Positions 17,593 to 26,005 of a DNA stretch of 32,000 bases are shown piece by piece. Every line of letters begins with the position of its first letter. The stretch's first letter is position 1. A model generated the notes under the pieces. It saw only the letters and a list, made by a program, of their open reading frames with translations. It was not told the origin of the DNA and made no database searches. A program made the translations under genes and the position numbers. Source of the DNA: Candidatus Nitronereus thalassa (lineage in GTDB: Bacteria; Nitrospirota; Nitrospiria; Nitrospirales; UBA8639); contig NZ_JAQOUE010000002.1 of the NCBI RefSeq assembly GCF_032191465.1, positions 546,409-578,408 on the forward strand, read 5' to 3'.

Positions 17593-18969
17593 ATGACGCA
17601 TGACGTCTTAATCATCGGTGGAGGATCGGCGGGTTACGCCGCCGCTCGAACCGCTCGCGACGAAGGTGCGAATGTCGGTATTATCGACCATGGCCCGTTA
17701 GGCGGTCTGTGTATTCTCCGTGGATGCATGCCCACCAAGACCATCCTCCGGTCATCCGACATTATAGCGCTCATCAAGCGAGCCAACGAATTCGGCCTTT
17801 CTTCCGTTTCCCCAAAAGCCAATCTCTCCGCCATCATCGATCGTAAAGCCCGGCTCATCGGTGAATTTGCCGATGACCGCATTCAGGCATTGAAGGATTC
17901 ACGTTTTACCCTGTACGAAGAGCGGGCAAGGTTTGTCTCACCCCATGAGGTTCAGGTGGGAACCCAGACCCTGACCGCGAAAGCCTTTATCATTTCAACT
18001 GGTTCGGTTGTCTCGCGCATTCCCCTACCAGGCCTTGAAGAAGTTGGCTACATCACGAGTGATGAGGCATTGGAATTACGTGATTTACCAGAATCCATGA
18101 TCGTGCTGGGCGGGGGGGCGGTCGCCGTGGAACTGGCCCAATTCTTTTCACGCATTGGCACCAAGGTCACGCTCATTCAACGCAGCCGGCACATTATGTC
18201 CGAGGGCGATGAAGACTTGGCACGACCGGTCGAGGCTCGATTCCGCGAGGAAGGCATGACCGTCTATACCAATACCCAACTTCATCGGTTTACCAAGAAT
18301 GGCACACAGAAAGTCGCGCACTTTACCCATGACGGACAAGAAAAAACCGTCATGGCAGAGATTATCCTCCAAGCGCTTGGCCGACGACCGAATATCGATG
18401 GATTACATCTTGAAGCGGCCGGGATCAAAACAGAAAAGGGTAGGGTCGTGGTGGATAGGACCATGCGTACCAATCACCCCCACATCTTTGCCGTCGGCGA
18501 TGTGAATGGCCTACACGAGATTGTACACATTGCGATTGAACAAGGAGAAATCGCTGGATGGAATGCGATGCATGCCAATGATTCTCCACGCCGCTATGAC
18601 GATCGACTCAAAACACAGGTCGTTTTTACCGACCCACAAGTCGCCAGCGTGGGATTGAGCGAAAGAGAATGTAGGAGAGAGAATATTTCCTACATGACGG
18701 CATCCTATCCGTTTAACGATCACGGGAAATCCATGACGCTGGGTGAGACCCATGGGCATGTGAAGCTCCTGGCCGATCCTCTCACTGGAACCCTCCTTGG
18801 AGCACACATTGTTGGGCCAGAAGCGGCGGAGTTAATTCATGAACTCATTGCCGTGATGTATTTCTACGGCACGGTTCATGATCTGATGCGTATTCCCCAT
18901 TATCATCCCACCTTGGCCGAAATCATCACCTATCCCGCAGAGGAACTATTGGGACGCATCCCTAAATAA
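17593..18969 (+). CDS. Class-I pyridine nucleotide-disulfide oxidoreductase (Lpd/MerA-like, substrate unknown), paralog 1
   Basis: GGGSAGY FAD motif, redox-active CILRGC (CX4C), GGGAVAVE NAD(P)H motif, and the C-terminal HYHPTLAE dimerisation/His-Glu motif. Confidence 0.9.
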   Translation: MTHDVLIIGGGSAGYAAARTARDEGANVGIIDHGPLGGLCILRGCMPTKTILRSSDIIALIKRANEFGLSSVSPKANLSAIIDRKARLIGEFADDRIQALKDSRFTLYEERARFVSPHEVQVGTQTLTAKAFIISTGSVVSRIPLPGLEEVGYITSDEALELRDLPESMIVLGGGAVAVELAQFFSRIGTKVTLIQRSRHIMSEGDEDLARPVEARFREEGMTVYTNTQLHRFTKNGTQKVAHFTHDGQEKTVMAEIILQALGRRPNIDGLHLEAAGIKTEKGRVVVDRTMRTNHPHIFAVGDVNGLHEIVHIAIEQGEIAGWNAMHANDSPRRYDDRLKTQVVFTDPQVASVGLSERECRRENISYMTASYPFNDHGKSMTLGETHGHVKLLADPLTGTLLGAHIVGPEAAELIHELIAVMYFYGTVHDLMRIPHYHPTLAEIITYPAEELLGRIPK

Positions 18970-18980
18970 CAGCATCCCAT

Positions 18981-19748
18981 TTATTTCTCTTTGAAATCAT
19001 CAGCTCCACACCATGGACAGATGCCTTCTGTTTGGGCCCGCGATGGTGGAGTTGAAGTGACCTCTACCCCAACAGGAGCCTCGCCTTGAATGAGTCGCAC
19101 CCACCAAGCGGATCGATTCCGAAGAATCAACTTCGGCAAGAAAAGAAAAAGTCCGGCCAACAGCACACCAGAAACAATCACCGGCCATTGTAACGTAGGC
19201 ACACTTCCTCCCAAATAGGTCAACGCAAACGTCGGGGGAATCATTCCAAAAAGCGTAGCGATGGCAAAGGCTTTCAAGGACATCTTGGTCAGACCCGCAC
19301 CGTAGCTGATAATGTCGAAAGAAAATATGGGCAGGAGACGGGCTAAGAAGACGAGACCCAGGAGATGATGATCAGAGCACTTTTCACAAAAAGTGACGTT
19401 GGTTTTGAATAAACGGCCCAACACTTCGCGGCCCAATCCTCGTCCAATGAGAAAACTGAGAATGGCGCCGATCTCCGCTCCCGTCACGGCATACACCATA
19501 CCCCAAAAAGGTCCAAACGTGATTCCTGCTGCAATGTCCAATGGCAGGCTAGGTATTGGGCTCACGACCACTGCCAATACCATGAGCCCGATGAATACCA
19601 CAGGAGCCCAGCTCCCCAGGGATGCCAATTGACTCACGATGAAATCTGGTTCGGTCAGGACATCGACATCCAAAAACTCAACGATCCCATAGGCACCAAA
19701 AACTAAGAGGAGCAAAATTATCAGTTTCACCACATGAGCAGTTTTCAT
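18981..19748 (-). CDS. TVP38/TMEM64 (DedA superfamily) membrane protein with two CxxC motifs, paralog 1
   Basis: I chose the start MKTAHVVKLI at 19748. SNARE-associated-type core: GAEIGAILSFLIGRGLG, RLLPIFSFDIISYGAGLT. Extra motifs FCEKCSDHH and a C-terminal CPWC. Confidence 0.85.
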   Translation of the reverse strand: MKTAHVVKLIILLLLVFGAYGIVEFLDVDVLTEPDFIVSQLASLGSWAPVVFIGLMVLAVVVSPIPSLPLDIAAGITFGPFWGMVYAVTGAEIGAILSFLIGRGLGREVLGRLFKTNVTFCEKCSDHHLLGLVFLARLLPIFSFDIISYGAGLTKMSLKAFAIATLFGMIPPTFALTYLGGSVPTLQWPVIVSGVLLAGLFLFLPKLILRNRSAWWVRLIQGEAPVGVEVTSTPPSRAQTEGICPWCGADDFKEK

Positions 19749-20005
19749 TAAGTCATTCCTTAATCCAAAAGCATTCAACTCCCATACATAATCATAGACC
19801 ACTGTGACCCAGCTTTTGTGATGAGCCTTGCGTCCTCGAAGCGGAAAGCCTACGCTTTTTTACTTTGTTTTGTCATAATCATGAACGTTCACGGCAAGGC
19901 GAAAACCTGTAACAACTCCCCCGATGACAAGACTGTAGGAACAATGGCCGACATTCCCCACTCGTCACCGTCATTTCTTACCAATAATTGTTACGAGGTT
20001 TACCC

Positions 20006-20749
20006 ATGTCGCCATCAACTACGGAGACAATCATGACGACCTCCTCGCTACCCAATACCGCTCCCAATCCCTTTGGGAAAATCGTCCTCCTGAGCGTTCT
20101 TGGGCTGGGCATTGGAGCTTTTTTCTATTTTGACCTGGGACAATTTTTCTCTCTTGAGGCCTTAAAGAGCAATCGGGACAGACTTCTGGCCTATACCGAA
20201 GCCAATTTTGGCATGGCCATGGCCTTATTCATTCTGATTTATATTGTTCAAACAGGCTTTTCGTTGCCAGGTGGCGCGATCATGACTTTGGCCGGGGGGT
20301 TCCTCTTTGGAAGTTTTCTAGGAACAGTGTTGGTGAATGTCGGGGCCACCACAGGAGCTACGCTGGGATTTTTATCCGCCCGTTACTTGTTACGCGATTG
20401 GGTAGAAAAGAAATTTGGCGACCGCCTAGAATCTATTCAAGCAGGATTTGCCAAAAATGCTTTTAGTTACCTCATGACCTTGCGGCTCATTCCTGCGTTT
20501 CCCTTTTTTCTTGTCAACTTGGTATCCGGGTTAACCCGGATCAACATCGGAACTTATATCACCGCAACATCCCTGGGAATCATTCCAGGTAGTTTCGTCT
20601 TTGCGTTTGCCGGCAGGCAGCTGGGTACCATAAATTCATTGGGAGAGATTGCGTCTCCTCCCGTCCTTCTGGCGTTTACACTGCTTGGCGTCTTAGCTTT
20701 GATGCCCATCATTTATCGGAAATTCAATCAAACTAAAAATCCCCAATGA
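20006..20749 (+). CDS. TVP38/TMEM64 (DedA superfamily) membrane protein, paralog 2
   Basis: I chose ATG 20006, which follows ACGAGG. Core: GGFLFG, GATTGATLGFLSARYL, RLIPAFPFFLVNLVSGLT. Confidence 0.88.
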   Translation: MSPSTTETIMTTSSLPNTAPNPFGKIVLLSVLGLGIGAFFYFDLGQFFSLEALKSNRDRLLAYTEANFGMAMALFILIYIVQTGFSLPGGAIMTLAGGFLFGSFLGTVLVNVGATTGATLGFLSARYLLRDWVEKKFGDRLESIQAGFAKNAFSYLMTLRLIPAFPFFLVNLVSGLTRINIGTYITATSLGIIPGSFVFAFAGRQLGTINSLGEIASPPVLLAFTLLGVLALMPIIYRKFNQTKNPQ

Positions 20750-20832
20750 AGACAACCATTTCCAGAATAGTAACGACACACCAACAAGCCATGGTGTAAA
20801 GCGCAGTAAGGTCCTTTCAGGAAGGATGACTC

Positions 20833-22386
20833 ATGCAAACAGGTACCCAAAGAAACGACTTAGTCGAAATACCCCCCATGGATGAGTTCAACCATGCCTT
20901 AATCAACAATGTGCATCCGCCAACCTGGTTCAATCCTGAGCCCACTGGACGATACAACTTGGTCGTCATTGGGGCGGGTACTGCGGGACTCGTGACTGCA
21001 GCGGTAGCAGCGGCAGTGGGAGCAAAAGTGGCGTTGATTGAACGCCACTTGATGGGTGGCGATTGTCTCAACGTCGGATGCGTGCCTTCAAAAGGTGTGA
21101 TTCGAGCCTCCCGTGTGTGGGCGGAAATACACCATGCCGCAGAGTTCGGTCTGCATATTCCACAGGGAGTCAAGCGGGATTTCGGCACAGCCATGGCTCG
21201 AATGCGTAAATTGCGTGCCAAGATCAGTCATGTCGATTCTGCTCATCGCTACAAGGGGCTGGGCGTCGATGTGTTTATCGGGGAAGGTCGGTTTGCCGGA
21301 CCGGGAACCGTGGAAGTCGCCGGTAAAACCCTCGAATATGCCAAGGCAGTAATTTGCACGGGAGCTCGCGCAGCCGCGCCACCAATACCCGGCCTTGAAG
21401 AGGCCGGGTATCTCACCAATGAAACGATCTTTTCGCTCACGGAACTTCCCCCAAGACTTGCCGTTATTGGCGCCGGCCCCATCGGCTGCGAGATGGCCCA
21501 ATCCTTCACTCGTTTTGGGAGCCAAGTGTGCTTATTCGAACGAACCAATCATATCCTTCCGCGTGAAGATGCCGATGCCGCCGAGATCGTGCAAAAACAA
21601 ATGTCCAAGGAGGGGCAATGTTTCGTATTTAATTCAAACATCACAAATATAGAAACGCGCGGACAAGAGAAGATCGTACACTTCGAACAAGATGGAGAAA
21701 ACAAGGAACGTGTGTTTGATGAAATTCTTGTCGGCATCGGACGAGCGCCGAATGTCGAGAACCTCGGCCTGGACACCGTGGGTGTCGAGTTCGACAAACA
21801 ATCCGGCGTCAAAGTAAATTCCAAGCTCCAAACATCCAATCCAAAAATCTACGCAGCAGGCGACATCTGTTTTCCCTTTAAGTTTACCCACGCAGCGGAT
21901 GCTATGGCGCAAATTGTGATCCAAAATGCCTTATTCCCCCACCCCTTTGGATTGGGCTATGCGAGCACGGACTCCCTCATCATCCCCTGGGCCACTTATA
22001 CCGACCCCGAGATTGCCCATGTGGGACTCTATGAGCAGGAGGCAAAAGAAAAGGGCCTGGAGGTGGACACTTTCACATTTAAACTGGATGAAGTCGATCG
22101 TGCGATCTTAGATGGGGAAGATGAAGGATTTGCACGAGTCCATATCAAGAAAGGAACAGATACGATTCTCGGCGCCACCATTGTCGCAGCCCATGCGGGC
22201 GATATGATAAGCGAGATTACTTTGGCCATGAAGGGTGGATTAGGCCTAAGCACAATTACCGGCACGATCCACCCGTATCCCACGCAGGCTGAGGTGATAA
22301 AAAAAGTGGCGAATGCTTGGCGAAAAACCACGTTCACCGAAGGCAAGAAAAAATTCCTGACGAAACTCTTTGCCCGCATGCGATAA
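20833..22386 (+). CDS. Class-I pyridine nucleotide-disulfide oxidoreductase (mercuric-reductase-like core, not a canonical MerA), paralog 2
   Basis: GAGTAG FAD motif, GGDCLNVGCVPSK redox disulfide, GAGPIGCE, C-terminal IHPYPTQAE. It has a ~40-aa N-terminal extension (NNVHPPTWFNPEP). It has no GMTCxxC metal-binding domain and no C-terminal Cys-Cys pair. Confidence 0.9.
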   Translation: MQTGTQRNDLVEIPPMDEFNHALINNVHPPTWFNPEPTGRYNLVVIGAGTAGLVTAAVAAAVGAKVALIERHLMGGDCLNVGCVPSKGVIRASRVWAEIHHAAEFGLHIPQGVKRDFGTAMARMRKLRAKISHVDSAHRYKGLGVDVFIGEGRFAGPGTVEVAGKTLEYAKAVICTGARAAAPPIPGLEEAGYLTNETIFSLTELPPRLAVIGAGPIGCEMAQSFTRFGSQVCLFERTNHILPREDADAAEIVQKQMSKEGQCFVFNSNITNIETRGQEKIVHFEQDGENKERVFDEILVGIGRAPNVENLGLDTVGVEFDKQSGVKVNSKLQTSNPKIYAAGDICFPFKFTHAADAMAQIVIQNALFPHPFGLGYASTDSLIIPWATYTDPEIAHVGLYEQEAKEKGLEVDTFTFKLDEVDRAILDGEDEGFARVHIKKGTDTILGATIVAAHAGDMISEITLAMKGGLGLSTITGTIHPYPTQAEVIKKVANAWRKTTFTEGKKKFLTKLFARMR

Positions 22387-22419
22387 CCCCCAATGCCCTA
22401 TGGCAAAAAGGCCTAAACC

Positions 22420-23193
22420 ATGTCTGACCTCCATCGCTATAGCCCTCAACCTCTCAGCATTTTTGGCTTTTTCCTCTGTCTCATTAGTACCTTGTGGCTG
22501 CCTAGTGCCATAGCTGAAGAAAAATTAGAAATAGGATTATTTTCATCTGCCGAGCCGGAAGGATCTTTTCCTCAAGGATGGGAACCCCTCACCTTTGAAA
22601 AAATTCCTCAACACACCGCCTACGAGTTAGTCAAAGATGGTGGCACCGTCGTGGTCAAAGCCACCAGCAAGCAGTCATCATCTGGGCTCACTCGAAAGAT
22701 GAAGATTGATCCTAAACAATTTCCCATCGTTCAATGGCGGTGGAAAATAGAAAACATTATTCAAGGTAGTGATGTCACTAAAAAAGAAGGCGACGATTAC
22801 CCTGCCAGAATTTACATTACCTTTGAATACGATAGCAGCAAGGTGGGATTTTTCGAAAAGGCCAAATTCGAACTGATTCGCCTTGCCTATGGCCAATATC
22901 CCCCAACCGGGGCCATCAATTATATCTGGGAAAGTAAGGCTCCGATTGGTGCTGTAGTGCCCAACCCTTATACGGATTACGTTCAAATGATCGTGACGCA
23001 AAGCGGAAGCCAACGCGTCGGCGAATGGGTCATGGAGGAACACAATGTGTACGAAGACTACAAGAAAGCTTTTGGGGAGGAACCGACACATATTTCCGGT
23101 GTGGCCATCATGACAGACACCGACAACACCAAAGAATCCGCCATCGCATATTTTGGAGATATTCTTTTCAAACAATCGGCCACATCAGAATAA
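22420..23193 (+). CDS. Secreted DUF3047-like protein
   Basis: Signal peptide ends at PSAIA-EE. The pattern (GWEPLTF, TAYELVKDGG..VVKATS, QWRWKIEN, DDYPARIYITFEY) matches DUF3047 from memory. It starts 33 nt after the preceding reductase. Confidence 0.75.
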   Translation: MSDLHRYSPQPLSIFGFFLCLISTLWLPSAIAEEKLEIGLFSSAEPEGSFPQGWEPLTFEKIPQHTAYELVKDGGTVVVKATSKQSSSGLTRKMKIDPKQFPIVQWRWKIENIIQGSDVTKKEGDDYPARIYITFEYDSSKVGFFEKAKFELIRLAYGQYPPTGAINYIWESKAPIGAVVPNPYTDYVQMIVTQSGSQRVGEWVMEEHNVYEDYKKAFGEEPTHISGVAIMTDTDNTKESAIAYFGDILFKQSATSE

Positions 23194-23377
23194 ACCGTCG
23201 CCTGCTGGAATTTGTAAGGTTCTTCACAGAAATATTTTTATGAAGGGCGTAACATATAATCCTTTTTATTGACATACCAGGAACACTAGGAGCCCAACCC
23301 CAAAGCTGTGGGGTATTATCACCCTAACCACATCGCTCATTTTGAGGGACCTATCATTCCACAAGGAGGAGTTCATC

Positions 23378-23659
23378 ATGATATCCACAAAATCTATTCT
23401 TGTGAGCACTGCGCTCTCCAGTCTGTTGCTTGCCTCAACCGCCCATGCAGGGCCTGGCCACGAAGGGGGGCATGGCGATTCTGCCGCAGGCCAATGTCAT
23501 GGCGTGAACGCATGCAAGGGACATGGTGCCTGTAAAGGGGCCGGTCATTCCTGTGAAGGGAAAAACTCTTGCGAAGGGAAAGGCTGGCTAAAGATGTCCA
23601 AGGAAATGTGTGAAAAATTGAAAGACGGGAAGTGGACTCCCATGCCCCAAAAGAGCTAA
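23378..23659 (+). CDS. Exported 6-Cys/His-rich mini-protein, bufferin-precursor-like (DUF2282/BufA-type resemblance), copy 1
   Basis: AAGGAGGA precedes ATG 23378. The Sec signal peptide ends AHA-GPG. The mature part has C-x5-C-x5-C-x6-C-x5-C-x12-C with CHGVNACKG and NSCEGKGW. Confidence 0.8.
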   Translation: MISTKSILVSTALSSLLLASTAHAGPGHEGGHGDSAAGQCHGVNACKGHGACKGAGHSCEGKNSCEGKGWLKMSKEMCEKLKDGKWTPMPQKS

Positions 23660-23713
23660 TTCTGGAGCAGGGTTAGCATCGAAAAATATTTGTTGATCAG
23701 GAGGTGACCGACT

Positions 23714-24016
23714 ATGAATTCAAAACATCGTTTACTGACCAGCGCTGCACTCACGGGTCTCTTACTTGCCGCTGGATGTGCCCATCATGATAGCCATGGA
23801 GTCTATGGCAAAGGGGGCTCCCATGCCGCCCTGGGACAATGCCACGGCGTCAATGCCTGTAAAGGCAAGGGAGACTGTGCGTCCGCCACACACGATTGCT
23901 CCGGTGAAAACTCTTGTGAAGGTAAGGGCTGGATCAAAATGTCAAAAGCTATGTGTGGCGATATTAAAGGCAGCACCTGGAAGGCGATGCCAGAGAATAT
24001 GAAACACAAAGGCTAA
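23714..24016 (+). CDS. Lipoprotein 6-Cys/His-rich mini-protein, paralog of 23378-23659, copy 2
   Basis: CAGGAGG precedes ATG 23714. Lipobox LAAGC. The six-Cys spacing and core (GQCHGVNACKG.G.C.....H.C.G.NSCEGKGW.KMSK.MC) are identical to copy 1. Confidence 0.8.
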   Translation: MNSKHRLLTSAALTGLLLAAGCAHHDSHGVYGKGGSHAALGQCHGVNACKGKGDCASATHDCSGENSCEGKGWIKMSKAMCGDIKGSTWKAMPENMKHKG

Positions 24017-24035
24017 CCCTTTCCAAAATGGCAAC

Positions 24036-24075
24036 AAAAAGGCTGTGCATCATCCCGAGACGCACAGCCTTTTTT
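24036..24075. terminator. Bidirectional Rho-independent terminator between convergent genes
   Basis: Arms GGCTGTGC (24041-24048) and GCACAGCC (24062-24069), flanked by AAAAA (24036-24040) and TTTTTT (24070-24075). Confidence 0.75.
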
Positions 24076-24097
24076 GTTTATCCAACAAGAGGTTTTG

Positions 24098-24676
24098 CTA
24101 AAAATAATTCGGAGATCCCCCTGCCTTCCATTTAATATTACATCCGGCACTAGGCTTTTGATCCTGAGAGACGAGTTGTTTGGCCAACACCGCATCCATC
24201 GCAGCTCGCAAGTCTTTTCCCGTGACCGGCTTGCCATTGCCAGGACGGCTGTCATCTAACTGTCCACGATAGACCAACTGTTGATTGTCATCAAAAAGAA
24301 AAAAATCTGGCGTACAAGCTGCGGTAAATAACTTGGCAACCTCCTGTCCTTCATCATAGCAGTAGGGGAAGGAAAACCCGTTCTCCTGCGCCATCGCTTT
24401 TAATTGCTCTGGACGATCATCAGGATAATTTTCTATATCATTGCTACTGATGGCAATCATTGTAATCCCTTTTTCCCCATATTCCTTTCCCAACCGAGCA
24501 ATCTCTTCTTGCACATGGATGACATAGGGACAATGCCGACAGATAAACATCACTAGGGTGCCAGGATATCCAGCAAGTTGAGTTGAGGATATTTGTTTTC
24601 CCGTCACCACATCCGGCAACTCAAAATGGGGGAGGGAAGTTCCTAGTGGCAACATTGTGGATTTGGTCAAAGCCAT
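24098..24676 (-). CDS. Thioredoxin-fold (AhpC/TSA-like) protein
   Basis: 192 aa. Redoxin pattern: LPHFELPD, GTLVMFICRHCPYV (CxxC), with a conserved C-terminal GCNIKW. Confidence 0.85.
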   Translation of the reverse strand: MALTKSTMLPLGTSLPHFELPDVVTGKQISSTQLAGYPGTLVMFICRHCPYVIHVQEEIARLGKEYGEKGITMIAISSNDIENYPDDRPEQLKAMAQENGFSFPYCYDEGQEVAKLFTAACTPDFFLFDDNQQLVYRGQLDDSRPGNGKPVTGKDLRAAMDAVLAKQLVSQDQKPSAGCNIKWKAGGSPNYF

Positions 24677-24786
24677 CGCGAATGATTCCTTCTAATTACA
24701 AAAAGATTGGAAACAGGGAAGAGCGAGAGTGAAGGCAGCCCCAGCTATCACTTCCAAGGAAATCGGGCTGCCAATCGCTACAATGG

Positions 24787-25065
24787 TTACTCCTTTTTCC
24801 ATGTCCGAAATCGTTTAAGCAATTCTTCTCGAATATCGTCAGGTATGGGTTCCGCAGGAAGCTGCCCAAGCGTGCGAATCGTTGTCTTCATTTGAGACAA
24901 ATACGCGCGGCAACCTCGGCAAAAACCCAAATGGATTTGGAAACGAAGTCGTTCTGAAAAGGACAAACTTCCCTCCAGGAAATCCGTCATTAAATTCACC
25001 AAATCCTGGCAGGAAAAATTTCCCGCCATATAATGCATGATTTGACCTTTCAGTTCGTTCGACAT
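24787..25065 (-). CDS. Soluble ZAS-type (zf-HC2) anti-sigma factor
   Basis: The ATG at 25065 shares one base with the TGA of the sigma gene (TGATG). It has the H-x3-C-x2-C motif (HLGFCRGC) plus a Cys 26 residues upstream. I see no TM segment. Confidence 0.8.
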   Translation of the reverse strand: MSNELKGQIMHYMAGNFSCQDLVNLMTDFLEGSLSFSERLRFQIHLGFCRGCRAYLSQMKTTIRTLGQLPAEPIPDDIREELLKRFRTWKKE

Positions 25066-25754
25066 CAATGGGTTGCTTTCTTTTCAATTAGTTGCTGTTC
25101 GATGAATTTCCGCACTTTGGCCCTGGCTCGATGGAGCAAAACCCGTTGATTGGTCTCCGTAATCTCCAAAATATTACAGACATCTTTTGCATCCAGTTCT
25201 TCGATATCCCGCAAAGTCATTACATGGCGCTGAACCGGCGGCAGGGCATTAATGGCTTGTTGGATAAGCACACGGCTTTCTTTTGAAAGTAAGAGCCTTT
25301 CAGGGGTTTCCTCATCCCACATACTGGGCAGAGTTGACCAATGACCGGCTAAGGCACCGGATTGAATAAATCGGTCTGGTTCTCTCCATCCTTCATCATC
25401 ACCCTCTCCCTGTCCATCGCCTGAATCCAGAGACTCATACCGCCGCTCCCGCTGGCCGCGAGTTTTGGCCCTATTCGTCAAAATCCGAAACATCCACGTT
25501 TTCAACGATGACCGGCCTTCAAACCGTGGGAGACTCTCTAAGACGCCCTGCCAAGTTTCTTGCACCACTTCCTCAGCCACAGCTCGAGAAGGCACATAGG
25601 CCATGGCTAAGCGTAACAACGCCCCATAGTATGTCTCAATCAAAAACCCAAAGGCTGATTCATTCCCTTGTCGTAATGCTTCCACGAGCACCTGCTCCTC
25701 CTTCCATTTTCCGGAAGGGGAGCCCGACGATTGTTGAGTATCCTCTTCCTGCAT
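25065..25754 (-). CDS. ECF-type RNA polymerase sigma-70 family factor
   Basis: Region 2 (EEVVQETWQGVLESLPRF, SLKTWMFRILTNRA) and region 4 (LPPVQRHVMTLRDIEELDAKDVCNILEITETNQRVLLHRAR) are joined by a long acidic linker. Confidence 0.9.
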   Translation of the reverse strand: MQEEDTQQSSGSPSGKWKEEQVLVEALRQGNESAFGFLIETYYGALLRLAMAYVPSRAVAEEVVQETWQGVLESLPRFEGRSSLKTWMFRILTNRAKTRGQRERRYESLDSGDGQGEGDDEGWREPDRFIQSGALAGHWSTLPSMWDEETPERLLLSKESRVLIQQAINALPPVQRHVMTLRDIEELDAKDVCNILEITETNQRVLLHRARAKVRKFIEQQLIEKKATH

Positions 25755-26005
25755 AATGCCTTCCCGATTTTCTCATCCATCGGCACACGTGGGGGATACC
25801 GGCACGCATTCAAGCAAAGGAACCGAGTCTGCTATGAGCCGGAAGCATTATGGCTAGGGAGGGGTGATGAATCAAGACCAAGCGGATTGGAGTAAGCCCC
25901 CATCAGCTTTCTTGATATCAGAAAAAAATAAACAGACGGAGAAGGGAAAGCTTGAATACAACTCGGCAAAATGGGGTGGGCAAGGCAAGCCGAAATGACT
26001 AGCAA

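Noticed and set aside
19938-19966. ECF-type promoter GGAAC-N-CGTC upstream of TVP38-2, with a second GGAACA upstream of the first Cys-rich gene (23280-23285).
   Set aside because: The spacer at 19943-19962 is 20 nt, longer than usual for ECF promoters. The second site has no matching -10 element. A shared hexamer alone is not enough evidence.
17593-22386. Calling either flavoprotein a mercuric reductase (MerA) or a dihydrolipoyl dehydrogenase.
   Set aside because: Both lack the NmerA GMTCxxC domain and the C-terminal Cys-Cys pair. No mer operon genes (merR/T/P) and no E1/E2 genes are nearby. Only the class-I disulfide reductase family call is supported.
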